From Candidatus Saccharimonadota bacterium (GTDB taxonomy: Bacteria > Pseudomonadota > Gammaproteobacteria > Enterobacterales > Enterobacteriaceae_A): a DNA stretch of 32,000 nt. Below, piece after piece: positions 19,326 to 28,915 of this stretch (positions are counted from its first letter, which is position 1; the number at the start of each line of letters is the position of its first letter). The notes under the pieces are model-generated. The model did not search any database. It worked only from the letters and a program-made list of their open reading frames with translations, and had not been told where the DNA came from. Both the position numbers and the translations under genes were made by a program. Where the stretch lies: NCBI GenBank assembly GCA_030849405.1, contig CP116499.1:30001-62000 (forward strand). Direction: 5' to 3'.

Positions 19326-20294
19326 TCATTTACATAATAATATAAATAAGTTTTTTATTTCATTCCAAAATAATATATTATTATTTATTTTTATTAATTT
19401 TTCAATTTTAATTAATATTATAAAAGCATTATTTAAATCATTATATGTTAATTTTTTAATAATTTTTTTATATAATAAATATTTATAATTATTAAAATAT
19501 TTATTTTTTTTAATATTTAAATTAAATTTAATTTCAATTATATTAATTAATTCTTTTTGTAATATATATAAAAATAATATCGGTTCAAATTTTTTATATT
19601 GAATATTATTTAAAATATTTAAAGATTTATTAATATCACTATTAATTAAAATTTCAAATAAATTATTAAAAGAAAAATAAGTAGAATTATAAATATTTTT
19701 TTTAATATTAATAATATTAATATTTCCATTTGGATATATTAATAATAATAAATCTAAAAAATTAGATAATTCAAATATATTACCTTCAAAATATTTTAAA
19801 AATAAACTATTAGATTTTAAATTTAATTTAAATTTCATTTTTTTAATTAAAAAATTTAAACATCTTTTAAAATTATTAATATTATTTTTTTTACAATTAA
19901 TATTAATTATAAAATTATATATATTATTATCAATTAAAATTTTTTTTAATAAATTCGTAAAATTTAATCCAATTAATACTATTACAACTTTAATATTAAA
20001 AAAATTAAATAAATTATATATATTCATAAATATTTTATTATTTATAATATTATTTTCAAATTCTAAAAATAATATTTTTTTATTTATTAAAAAATTTGAA
20101 TTATTACAAAAATTAAATATTTTTTCCCAAATTGTATAGTTATTTATTTTAATATTTATAAATACATTTGTAAAATAAATTTTTTTAATTAAATTTTTAT
20201 TTTCATTAATTAAAAAATAATCATTACCATTAAATAAATATATAACTTTTTTTTTTTTTATTTTAATAATTTTATTAATATTTATAAAAACCAT
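19326..20294 (-). CDS. holA: DNA polymerase III delta subunit
   Basis: 322 aa and highly diverged, but it has recognisable colinear blocks against E. coli HolA. These are IYLFNGNDYFLINE (AYLLLGNDPLLLQE), YFEGNIFELSNFLDLLLLIYPNG (CYEGNLLALAQALERLSLLWPDG), EPILFLYILQKELINIIEIK (EPVILLRTLQRELLLLVNLK) and LFWNEIKNLFILLC (SVWAELEGLSLLLC). It lies downstream of leuS as in E. coli. It ends in TGA, the only TGA stop in this window. Confidence 0.82.
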   Translation of the reverse strand: MVFININKIIKIKKKKVIYLFNGNDYFLINENKNLIKKIYFTNVFINIKINNYTIWEKIFNFCNNSNFLINKKILFLEFENNIINNKIFMNIYNLFNFFNIKVVIVLIGLNFTNLLKKILIDNNIYNFIININCKKNNINNFKRCLNFLIKKMKFKLNLKSNSLFLKYFEGNIFELSNFLDLLLLIYPNGNINIINIKKNIYNSTYFSFNNLFEILINSDINKSLNILNNIQYKKFEPILFLYILQKELINIIEIKFNLNIKKNKYFNNYKYLLYKKIIKKLTYNDLNNAFIILIKIEKLIKINNNILFWNEIKNLFILLCK

Positions 20295-20320
20295 TTTTAA
20301 ATTTTAAAATATTTATAATT

Positions 20321-22822
20321 TTAATTAATATATTTTAAAATAAATTTATTTTTAAAAATTATATTAAATATTTTTCTTTCAATATATATTATTTTTAAAA
20401 TATTATTTATAATTTTTTTTTTTTTAAATAATATTTTTTTTTTAATAATATTAAATATAAATTCTTTATTATAATTAAATTTAATATTTATTTTAGTATA
20501 AAATTTACTATTTATTTGAATAATTATCTTTAATTTTTTAATAATTAATTTTTTATTAAATTTAGGCCAAGAAATATAATCAATATCATTTTTTTCACCT
20601 AATAATTTCCATACTTTAAAACATAAATGAGGTATAAAAGGATAAAGTAATCTAATTAATACTAATAAACATTCATGTAAAATTAAATTATTTATTTTTT
20701 TAATTAAAACTAAATAATTTATTGTATTTATAAATTTCATTATTTTTGATATAACAATATTAAAAAATTGTTTATATTTAATATAATATGTTACTTCATT
20801 AATTAGTTTATGTAATAAAATAATTATTTTTTTTTGTTTATTATTTAATATTTCAATTTTTTTTTTTTTTTTTTTAATTTTTATGTGATTAATAATTATT
20901 TTCCAAAAACGTTTTAAAAATTTAAATATTCCTATTAATTGCAATTCATTCCATTCTAATTCGATTTCTATTGGTACAGCGTAAATTATAAATAATCGAA
21001 TAGCATCAGAACCATATTTTTTAATTATATTAATTAAATTAATTCCATTGTTTTTAGATTTAGACATTTTAATTATACCAGAATATTTTATATTATTATT
21101 ATTTTTATCTATAAATTTTATTTTTTTTTTGTTTAAAATTATATTAATTTTTTTTTTATTTACCCAAATTTTTTTTTTTTTATTAATATAATAAAAAGAA
21201 TGTGATAAAACCATACCTTGACAAATTAATTTTTTAACTGGTTCATTATAATTAATTAAACCAAAATCTCTAAATATTTTATGAAAAAATCTTAAATATA
21301 ATAAATGCATATTAGCATGTTCTATTCCACCAATATATTGATCAATAGGTAACCAATAATTTGCAGAAATTAATTTAATAATATTTTTATTATATTTTAA
21401 ACATGTATATCTTATATAATACCAAGAAGATTCAATAAATGTATCAAGTGTATCTGTTTCAAGTTTAAAGTATTTATTGTTAATAAAAATTTTAGACCAA
21501 TTTAAATTTAATTTAAGTGGAGTTATTAAATTATTTATATAAATATTTTCAGGTAAAATAATTGGTAATTTATTTTGAGATATTGGAATTAAACTATTAT
21601 TAAATATATTTATCATAGGTATTGGATTTCCCCAATAACGTTGTCTAGAAATATTCCAATCCATTAAATTATATAAAATATTTTTTTTAATTATTCCTAA
21701 ATATATAAATTTTTTAAAAATTATTTTTTTTTTTTTTTTAATATTTAATTTTTTAATATTTTTTGAAATTATTAATTTTATTGGAATATTATATTTAATA
21801 GCAAATTTTAAACTTTTTTTATTAAATTTTGGTGTAGCTATTTTAGATTTATTAAAATTATTTAAATTAAAATTAACAATCCATATTGGTAATTTTACAT
21901 TTAAAATTGGATGAATAGCAAATAAATTTGTATTTATTCCTTTTATTTTTTTTTTATAATTTTTTTTATATTTATTAATAAATTTCTTAATTTTGTTATT
22001 TTTTTTTGATAATTTTATTGAAATTAAGTTATCTATAGAAATAATAATATAAGTAATATATAATAAAAAATCTACTTTATTTATATAAATAATAATTTTT
22101 TCAGTATTATTTAAAATATTTAAAAAAATTTTAAATTTTTTAATTTTACCTATCCAATTTTTTTGCATATTTTTAACTTTAATAGGCCAATGTGTTAAAT
22201 ATTTTAAATCATTTAATAATTGTTTAGAATATAAATTAATTTTTAAAAACCATTGTGATAATTTTTTTTTTTTTATTTTATTATCACATCGCCAACAATT
22301 ATTATTTATTACTTGTTCATTAGCAAGAACAGTTTTATCATATTTACACCAATTTATTAAAGATTTTTTTTTATAAATAAATTTTTTTTTATATAATTTA
22401 ATAAAAAACCATTGCTCCCATTTATAATAATTTGGTTTACATGTTATTATTTCTTTATCCCAATCATATGAAAATCCTAATAAATTTAATTGTTTTTTCA
22501 TATTTTTAATATTTTTATATGTCCAAATTGAAGGTAAAATTTTTTTTTCAATTGCTGTTTTTTCTGCTGGTAAACCAAATGCATCCCATCCAATAGGTTG
22601 CATTACATTTTTACCCTTCATTCTATTATATCTAGAAATAATATCACCTATAGTATAGTTTCTAATATGGCCTATATGTAAATTACCAGATGGATATGGT
22701 ATCATACATAAAACATAATATTTTTTTTTATTAAAATTTTCAATAGTTTTAAAAATTTTTTTTTTATACCAATATTTTTGAACATTTATTTCTATATTTT
22801 TATAAAAATAATTTTTATACAT
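20321..22822 (-). CDS. leuS: leucyl-tRNA synthetase
   Basis: 833 aa, with PYPSGNLHIGH (HIGH), GWDAFGLPAE, the editing-domain region, and KMSKSKNN (KMSKS). AAGGT lies upstream of the ATG. Confidence 0.96.
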   Translation of the reverse strand: MYKNYFYKNIEINVQKYWYKKKIFKTIENFNKKKYYVLCMIPYPSGNLHIGHIRNYTIGDIISRYNRMKGKNVMQPIGWDAFGLPAEKTAIEKKILPSIWTYKNIKNMKKQLNLLGFSYDWDKEIITCKPNYYKWEQWFFIKLYKKKFIYKKKSLINWCKYDKTVLANEQVINNNCWRCDNKIKKKKLSQWFLKINLYSKQLLNDLKYLTHWPIKVKNMQKNWIGKIKKFKIFLNILNNTEKIIIYINKVDFLLYITYIIISIDNLISIKLSKKNNKIKKFINKYKKNYKKKIKGINTNLFAIHPILNVKLPIWIVNFNLNNFNKSKIATPKFNKKSLKFAIKYNIPIKLIISKNIKKLNIKKKKKIIFKKFIYLGIIKKNILYNLMDWNISRQRYWGNPIPMINIFNNSLIPISQNKLPIILPENIYINNLITPLKLNLNWSKIFINNKYFKLETDTLDTFIESSWYYIRYTCLKYNKNIIKLISANYWLPIDQYIGGIEHANMHLLYLRFFHKIFRDFGLINYNEPVKKLICQGMVLSHSFYYINKKKKIWVNKKKINIILNKKKIKFIDKNNNNIKYSGIIKMSKSKNNGINLINIIKKYGSDAIRLFIIYAVPIEIELEWNELQLIGIFKFLKRFWKIIINHIKIKKKKKKIEILNNKQKKIIILLHKLINEVTYYIKYKQFFNIVISKIMKFINTINYLVLIKKINNLILHECLLVLIRLLYPFIPHLCFKVWKLLGEKNDIDYISWPKFNKKLIIKKLKIIIQINSKFYTKINIKFNYNKEFIFNIIKKKILFKKKKIINNILKIIYIERKIFNIIFKNKFILKYIN

Positions 22823-22922
22823 TATTACCTTTTATTTTTATTAAATTTATTTTTAAAACTTAATTATTTTATTAAAATTGTTTTTTATAAATAATAAATA
22901 TTTAAATATAATATTAAATAAA

Positions 22923-24104
22923 TTAAATTAAATTACGTATATCTGATAATATATATTTAATATTATTAATAAAACGTGCACCATCTGCACCATCAATTAC
23001 TCTATGGTCAAATGATAATGAAATAGGTAATATTAATTTAGGTATAAATTTTTCAATATACCATACAGGTTCAATACTAGATTTAGATATACCTAATATT
23101 GCAACTTCGGGTGAATTTATAATTGGTGTAAAATTTGTTGTTCCTATATGTCCTAAACTAGATATTGTAAAGCTACTATTAATCATATCATTTTTATTTA
23201 AAAAACCATCTCTAGATTTTTTTGAAATTTCAATTAAAGATTTAGCTATTTCTATAATTGTTTTATTTTTTATTTCTTTAATAATAGGTACTACTAAACC
23301 TTTTTTAGTTTCTACAGCAATACCTATATTAATATCTTTTTTAATTTTTAAAAATTTTCCATCTTTAGATAATGAACTATTAAATTTTGGCATATTATTT
23401 AAAACAATTTCAACTGCTTTTATAATAAAAACTAAAGGTGTAATTTTAATATTTTGTTTATTTTTAATTAAAATTTCATTTTGTTTTTTTCTGAAAATTT
23501 CTAAATCAGTTATATTTATTTTATCAAAAATTGTTACATGAGGTATTGTAATCCAATTTTTAAGTAAATTTTTACCTGAAGTAATTTGTAAATTATTAAT
23601 TTTTATTTTTTTAATATTATTTAATTCATTTAAATTTTGTTGTTTTAAAGTATAATTATTACTTAAATTATTTTTGTTCTGTTTTTCAATGTAATAATCA
23701 ATATCTTCTTTAATAATTCTACCTTTTAATCCAGTACCTTTTATTTTTTTTAAATCAATATTAAATTTTCTAGATAAATTTCTAATTAAAGGACTAGCAT
23801 GTATTTCTTCATTTAATTTATTATTTTCATTTTTTTTATTATTAATTAAATTATTTGATTTATTTTTATTAATAATATCATCTAAAATTATAATTATAGA
23901 GTTTGTTTTTACTTTATCACCAACATTTACTTTTATTTCTTTAATAATACCTGATTTTGTAGAAGGAATATCTAAAGAAGTTTTATCACCTTCTATTGTA
24001 ATTAAATTTTGTTTTTTTTTAATTATATCATTAACTTTAACAAAAATCTCAGTTACTTCTAATTCATCTGATCCAATATCTGGAATTTTTATTTCAAATA
24101 ACAT
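22923..24104 (-). CDS. aceF: pyruvate dehydrogenase E2 (dihydrolipoamide acetyltransferase) with a single lipoyl domain
   Basis: 393 aa. There is one N-terminal lipoyl domain (EIKIPDIG...TIEGDKTSLDIPS, with the lipoyl-Lys in the DK motif). An Asn/Lys-rich linker follows, then a peripheral-subunit-binding domain (ASPLIRNLSRKFNIDLKKIKGTGLKGRIIKEDI). The catalytic domain ends in SLSFDHRVIDGADGARF. Confidence 0.93.
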   Translation of the reverse strand: MLFEIKIPDIGSDELEVTEIFVKVNDIIKKKQNLITIEGDKTSLDIPSTKSGIIKEIKVNVGDKVKTNSIIIILDDIINKNKSNNLINNKKNENNKLNEEIHASPLIRNLSRKFNIDLKKIKGTGLKGRIIKEDIDYYIEKQNKNNLSNNYTLKQQNLNELNNIKKIKINNLQITSGKNLLKNWITIPHVTIFDKINITDLEIFRKKQNEILIKNKQNIKITPLVFIIKAVEIVLNNMPKFNSSLSKDGKFLKIKKDINIGIAVETKKGLVVPIIKEIKNKTIIEIAKSLIEISKKSRDGFLNKNDMINSSFTISSLGHIGTTNFTPIINSPEVAILGISKSSIEPVWYIEKFIPKLILPISLSFDHRVIDGADGARFINNIKYILSDIRNLI

Positions 24105-24107
24105 TTT

Positions 24108-24114
24108 CTTCCTT
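24108..24114 (-). promoter_or_regulatory. Shine-Dalgarno AAGGAAG for aceF, overlapping the aceE stop codon
   Basis: The minus strand reads TAAGGAAGAAAATG. The aceE TAA is at 24115-24113, GGAAG at 24112-24108, then a 3-nt spacer and the aceF ATG at 24104-24102. This arrangement is compatible with translational coupling. Confidence 0.55.
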
Positions 24115-26767
24115 ATAATATTCTAGGATTTTTTTTTTTAAAATTAATATTAAATTTTAAAAAAGCATTATATAATATAAATTTATTAATTTTATTTAAT
24201 TTATATAATATATTTAATGTAGCAATTATAATATAAAAAGAATTAATTTCAAAATGATATCTTAAATTTGATCTACTATCAGATCTACCAAATCCATCTG
24301 TACCTAAATTAATATAATGTGTATTTGGTAAAAATTTAAATATTTGTTCTGAAAATAATTTAATATAATCTGTGGCTGTTATAGTAGGTAAATTATTTAA
24401 AATTTTACAAATAAATGGTATTTTTGATTTTTTATTAGGATTTAAAAAATTCCAACGTTCACAATCTTGATTATTTCTAGCTATTTCAGTAAATGAAGTA
24501 ACACTAAAAATATCAGATGATATATTATATTCACTTAATAATATATATGCTGCTTTTCTAATATTTCTTAAAATAGCACCTGAACCTAAAAGTTGAATTT
24601 TTATTTTACTTCCTTTTAAACTATCTAATTTATAAATACCTTTTAAAATATTATATTTAATATTATTATACATTTTTGGCATATAATAATTTTCATTTGT
24701 TATAGTAATATAATAATAAATATTTTCTTTTTTTTTACCATACATACGTTTAATACCATTTTGTATAATTATAGATAATTCATATGCATAAGTTGGATCA
24801 TAAGAAATACAATTTGGTATTGTTAATGAATAAATATGACTATGTCCATCTTGATGTTGTAAACCTTCACCATTTAAAGTAGTTCTTCCTGAAGTTGCTC
24901 CAATTAAAAAACCTTTGGCTTGTTGATCTCCTGCTGCCCATAATAAGTCACCTATTCTTTGAAACCCAAACATAGAATAAAAAATATAAAATGGTATCAT
25001 TTGTAAATTATGAACACTATAAGAAGTAGCAGCTGCTAACCATGATGATATAGCTCCAGATTCATTAATTCCTTCTTGTAATATTTGTCCATGTTTATCT
25101 TCTTTATAATATGAAAAATTATTAATATCTTGAGGAGTATACTTTTGACCATTAGGATTATAAATACCAATTTGTCTAAATAAATTTTCCATTCCAAAAG
25201 TTCTAGCTTCATCAGAAATTATTGGTACTAAATATTTTGTTATTGATTTATTTTTAAGTAATAATTTTAAAATTTTAATAAAAATAGTTGTTGTTGATAT
25301 TTTTTTTTTTTGTTTTTTAAATAAATTTTTAAAATTTAAAATACTAGGAATATTAAATTTATTATTTATATAAATGTTTCTATTAGGAATAAATCCATTT
25401 AATAATTTTCTTTTTTTTTGAATATATTTATATTCTTTAGTATTTTTTTTAAATTTAATAAAATTTAAATTTTTAATTTTATTTTCATTAATATTTAATT
25501 TTAATTTTTTTTGAAAATAATATAATTCTTTAAAATTCATTTTTTTAACTTGATGTATTATATTTTGACTTTCAAAATTTTTACCCATACCATAACCTTT
25601 AATTGTATGTACTAAAATAACAGTAGGTTTATTACTATTTATTGCTTTTTTCATAACTGTAAAAATTTTAATAAAATCATGACCACCACGGTTTAATTTC
25701 AAAATTTCATCATCACTTAATTTTTCAACTAATTTATATGTTTCTTTATAACGTCCAAAAAAATTTTTACGTATATAAGCACCATTTTTTGTCATAAAAT
25801 TTTGATAATCACCATCATTAGTTTCATTTAATAAACGTATTAATTTTCCACTTTTATCTGTTTTAAATAATTTATCCCAATTACTACCCCAAATTAATTT
25901 TAAAACTTTCCATCCTGCTCCATTAAAAATACCTTCTAATTCATTAATAATTTTACCATTACCATTAATTGGACCATCTAAACGTTGTAAATTACAATTT
26001 ATTATAAATATTAAATTATTTAATTTTTCTCTTGTTGCAATTGTTATTGCTCCTTTTGATTCAGGTTCATCCATTTCACCATCACCAAGAAAAACATATA
26101 CTTTTTGTTGTGTTTTTTTTTTTAAAGAACGATTTTGAATATATTTTAAAAATTTAGCTTGATAAATAGCATTAATTGCTCCTAAACCCATAGAAACAGT
26201 AGGAAATTGCCAAAAATTTGGCATTAATTTTGGATGAGGATACGAACTTAATCCATTTTCAAAAACTTCTTGTCTAAAATTATTTAAATGACATTCATTT
26301 AATCTACCTTCTAAAAATGCTCTTGCATAAATTCCAGGTGATGTATGACCTTGAAAAAAAATAATATCACCATTATTATTATAATTTGAAGCTTTAAAAA
26401 AATGATTAAAACAAACCTCATAAAATATAGCAATAGATTGAAAAGAAGCTATATGTCCACCTAAATCAATTTTTTTATTATATGCTTTTAAAACTATAAT
26501 AATAGCATTCCATCTAATAACAGAACAAATTTTTTTTTCTATTAAAATATTACCTGGATACTTTAAATCATATTTATAATTTATTGTGTTGATATAATTA
26601 TTTAATTTAATATTTTCATTAATATTAATATTAATATTATATGTATGTTTTATAATTTTATTAATTATAAAATTAAAACGTTTATATCCTTCTTTATTAA
26701 TAATTGATTTAGCTGATTGGATCCACTCATTAGTTTCTATTGGATCTATATCTTTTTTTTCAAACAT
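24113..26767 (-). CDS. aceE: pyruvate dehydrogenase E1 component
   Basis: 884 aa and colinear with E. coli AceE (887 aa). Supporting blocks are DIDPIETNEWIQS at the N-terminus, the ThDP motif GDGEMDEPES...NCNLQRLDGP, and GTDGFGRSD near the C-terminus. Confidence 0.96.
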   Translation of the reverse strand: MFEKKDIDPIETNEWIQSAKSIINKEGYKRFNFIINKIIKHTYNINININENIKLNNYINTINYKYDLKYPGNILIEKKICSVIRWNAIIIVLKAYNKKIDLGGHIASFQSIAIFYEVCFNHFFKASNYNNNGDIIFFQGHTSPGIYARAFLEGRLNECHLNNFRQEVFENGLSSYPHPKLMPNFWQFPTVSMGLGAINAIYQAKFLKYIQNRSLKKKTQQKVYVFLGDGEMDEPESKGAITIATREKLNNLIFIINCNLQRLDGPINGNGKIINELEGIFNGAGWKVLKLIWGSNWDKLFKTDKSGKLIRLLNETNDGDYQNFMTKNGAYIRKNFFGRYKETYKLVEKLSDDEILKLNRGGHDFIKIFTVMKKAINSNKPTVILVHTIKGYGMGKNFESQNIIHQVKKMNFKELYYFQKKLKLNINENKIKNLNFIKFKKNTKEYKYIQKKRKLLNGFIPNRNIYINNKFNIPSILNFKNLFKKQKKKISTTTIFIKILKLLLKNKSITKYLVPIISDEARTFGMENLFRQIGIYNPNGQKYTPQDINNFSYYKEDKHGQILQEGINESGAISSWLAAATSYSVHNLQMIPFYIFYSMFGFQRIGDLLWAAGDQQAKGFLIGATSGRTTLNGEGLQHQDGHSHIYSLTIPNCISYDPTYAYELSIIIQNGIKRMYGKKKENIYYYITITNENYYMPKMYNNIKYNILKGIYKLDSLKGSKIKIQLLGSGAILRNIRKAAYILLSEYNISSDIFSVTSFTEIARNNQDCERWNFLNPNKKSKIPFICKILNNLPTITATDYIKLFSEQIFKFLPNTHYINLGTDGFGRSDSRSNLRYHFEINSFYIIIATLNILYKLNKINKFILYNAFLKFNINFKKKNPRIL

Positions 26768-26907
26768 ATAATAAATACCATTTCAATTAAAATATTAAAT
26801 ATAATAAATTAAATTAAATATTATAATATTAAATTATTAATTAAAAGTTATGTAATAAAATTTAAATATTTATTTTATTGAATAAATATTTATATTATTA
26901 TTTATTT

Positions 26908-26980
26908 GCCTAAATAGCTCAGTTGGTAGAGCAAAGGATTGAAGATCCTTGTGTCCTTGGTTCGATTCCAAGTTTGGGCA
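26908..26980 (+). tRNA. tRNA-Phe (anticodon GAA); G at position 37; no encoded 3' CCA
   Basis: The fold is GCCTAAA/TA/GCTC-AGTTGGTA-GAGC/A/AAGGA-TTGAAGA-TCCTT/GTGTC/CTTGG-TTCGATT-CCAAG/TTTGGGC/A. It closely resembles E. coli tRNA-Phe in the D and T arms. It is followed by TATTT, not CCA. Confidence 0.9.
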
Positions 26981-27023
26981 TATTTATATTTTATAAGTTA
27001 AATAAATATAAAATTTTAAAAAT

Positions 27024-27710
27024 TTAAATATAATTAAAATTTATATATTTCCATGATTTTATATTATTTTTTTTTTTAAAATAAGGTATTTCGCCTAAAA
27101 AAATAATATTTAAATTTTGTTTTAAAGTTTTTATATATTTTTTATGCCAAATATTTTTATTGCTAATATTATTTGCTATCCATCCTTTTAAAATTAATCC
27201 TTTATTTTTAATAGATTCAACTGTTAATAATGCATGATTTATGCAACCTAATTTTATTCCAACAACCAAAATAATTGAAATTTGCTCTTTAATTACCCAA
27301 TCTGAAAATTTTTTAATTTTTGATATTGGAGTTAACCATCCTCCAATTCCTTCTATAATAATTAAATTTGTTTTTTTTTTAATATATTTTAGTATTGATG
27401 AAATTTTATATAATGATATTGGATTTTTAATTCTTTCACTAATAATATTAGGAGATGTTTTATCTAAAAAATTATATGGATTAATAATATTATAATATAA
27501 TTTAATATTACTATTTTTTTTAAGTAATAAAGCATCATTATTACGTAATCCGTATTTAGTAAATTTACAATCTGTAGCAATTGGTTTATAACCTATACTA
27601 TTAAAACCTAATTTTTTAGTTAATTGTAATAAAATTATACTTATAAAAGTTTTACCAACTTTAGTATCAGTACCTGTAATAAATAAACATTTTGTCAAAA
27701 TAATCTCCAT
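27024..27710 (-). CDS. bioD: dethiobiotin synthetase
   Basis: 228 aa, with the N-terminal P-loop FITGTDTKVGKT, EGIGGW and GWIAN blocks as in E. coli BioD. Confidence 0.9.
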   Translation of the reverse strand: MEIILTKCLFITGTDTKVGKTFISIILLQLTKKLGFNSIGYKPIATDCKFTKYGLRNNDALLLKKNSNIKLYYNIINPYNFLDKTSPNIISERIKNPISLYKISSILKYIKKKTNLIIIEGIGGWLTPISKIKKFSDWVIKEQISIILVVGIKLGCINHALLTVESIKNKGLILKGWIANNISNKNIWHKKYIKTLKQNLNIIFLGEIPYFKKKNNIKSWKYINFNYI

Positions 27711-27796
27711 TAAACAATATTTTCAAATTTAAAGAAAACTTATATTGTTAATTTATAAATATATAAAAAATTAAAATATTTTATTTATAATTAATA

Positions 27797-28822
27797 TTAT
27801 TGATAATTATTTAAAGTTGCATCATAAAATTTAACATTTTCTTTATTAGTATTTTTATTAATTTTATTAATTTTTATTTTTTTTTTTTCTATTTTTAAAC
27901 CCAATTTATTTAATAACTTTAAATCTTTATCTTCATTAGGATTTGGGGTAGTTAATAATTTACATCCATAAAATATTGAATTTGCTCCAGCCATAAAACA
28001 CATAGCTTGAGTTTGTTCATTCATATTTTCTCTACCTGCTGAAAGTCGAATATATGATTTAGGTATCATTATACGAGTTATAGCAATAACTTTAATAAAT
28101 TCAAATGGATCAATATCTTTATTTTTTTCTAATGGTGTACCACTAACTTTAACTAACATATTAATAGGAATGCTTTCAGGTGGTATTTTCATATTTGCTA
28201 ATTGCATTAATAAAATAATTCTATCTTTAATATTTTCACCTAAACCTATAATACCTCCTGAACAAACTTTTATTCCAGTTTTTCTAATGTTTTTTATAGT
28301 ATTTAACCTATCTTTATAACTACGAGTAGTAATAATTTTTTTATAATATTCTGGAGAAGTATCTATATTATGATTATAATAATCTAAACCAGAATTATAT
28401 AAAATTTTAGCCTGTTTTTCACTTAAAGAGCCTAAAGTCATACATGTTTCAAGTCCAATTTTTTTAACTGTTTTTATTATTTTATTTAAATAAGGCATAT
28501 CACGTTCTTTAGGATTTTTCCAAGCTGCCCCCATACAAAATCTTGTAGCTCCATTTTTTTTTGCTTTAATTGCAGATTCTAAAATTTTGTTAATTTTAAT
28601 TAAACGTTCTATTTCTAAACCAGTTTTATATCTAGAACTTTGAGGACAATATTTACAATCTTCTGGACAAGCTCCAGTTTTTATAGATAAAAGAGTACTT
28701 ATTTGTATTGTATTAGGTTTAAAATTTTTTCTATGTATATTTTGAGCCAAAAATATTAAGTCTAACAAAGGTTTATTGAAAAGTTTTTGTGTTTTTTTTA
28801 TTGTCCAAATTTCATTATTCAT
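27797..28822 (-). CDS. bioB: biotin synthase (radical SAM)
   Basis: 341 aa. [29 protein letters not shown] and [21 protein letters not shown] (CxxxCxxC) are almost identical in layout to E. coli BioB. YNHNIDTS and the C-terminal [2Fe-2S] ligand region are present. AAGG lies upstream of the ATG. Confidence 0.96.
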   Translation of the reverse strand: MNNEIWTIKKTQKLFNKPLLDLIFLAQNIHRKNFKPNTIQISTLLSIKTGACPEDCKYCPQSSRYKTGLEIERLIKINKILESAIKAKKNGATRFCMGAAWKNPKERDMPYLNKIIKTVKKIGLETCMTLGSLSEKQAKILYNSGLDYYNHNIDTSPEYYKKIITTRSYKDRLNTIKNIRKTGIKVCSGGIIGLGENIKDRIILLMQLANMKIPPESIPINMLVKVSGTPLEKNKDIDPFEFIKVIAITRIMIPKSYIRLSAGRENMNEQTQAMCFMAGANSIFYGCKLLTTPNPNEDKDLKLLNKLGLKIEKKKIKINKINKNTNKENVKFYDATLNNYQ

Positions 28823-28915
28823 TTAAAATGCCTTAATAAATTAACATTTATATTTAGACTAATAAACACATATATATACTGTCAACTATTAATAATTTAA
28901 TTATATAATATAATT

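Noticed and set aside
27241-27495. An 84-aa ORF on the plus strand from the ORF track.
   Set aside because: It lies entirely antisense within bioD, has no motif and no RBS, and is the same kind of compositional artefact as the ORF antisense to ftsH.
27713-27749. An inverted repeat AACAATAT ... ATATTGTT with a 21-nt loop in the bioB-bioD spacer.
   Set aside because: It is a short AT-rich stem with a large loop, within chance expectation, and has no supporting context such as a T-tract or conservation data.
28880-28885. A perfect TTGACA hexamer on the minus strand in the bioA-bioB divergent spacer, as a possible bioB -35 box or part of a BirA operator (bioO).
   Set aside because: No acceptable -10 hexamer sits at 16-18 nt spacing; the best is TATTAG at 15 nt. 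I also could not find the TTGTAAACC...GGTTTACAA-type inverted repeat of E. coli bioO. Promoter calls in AT-rich sequence like this are unreliable by eye.
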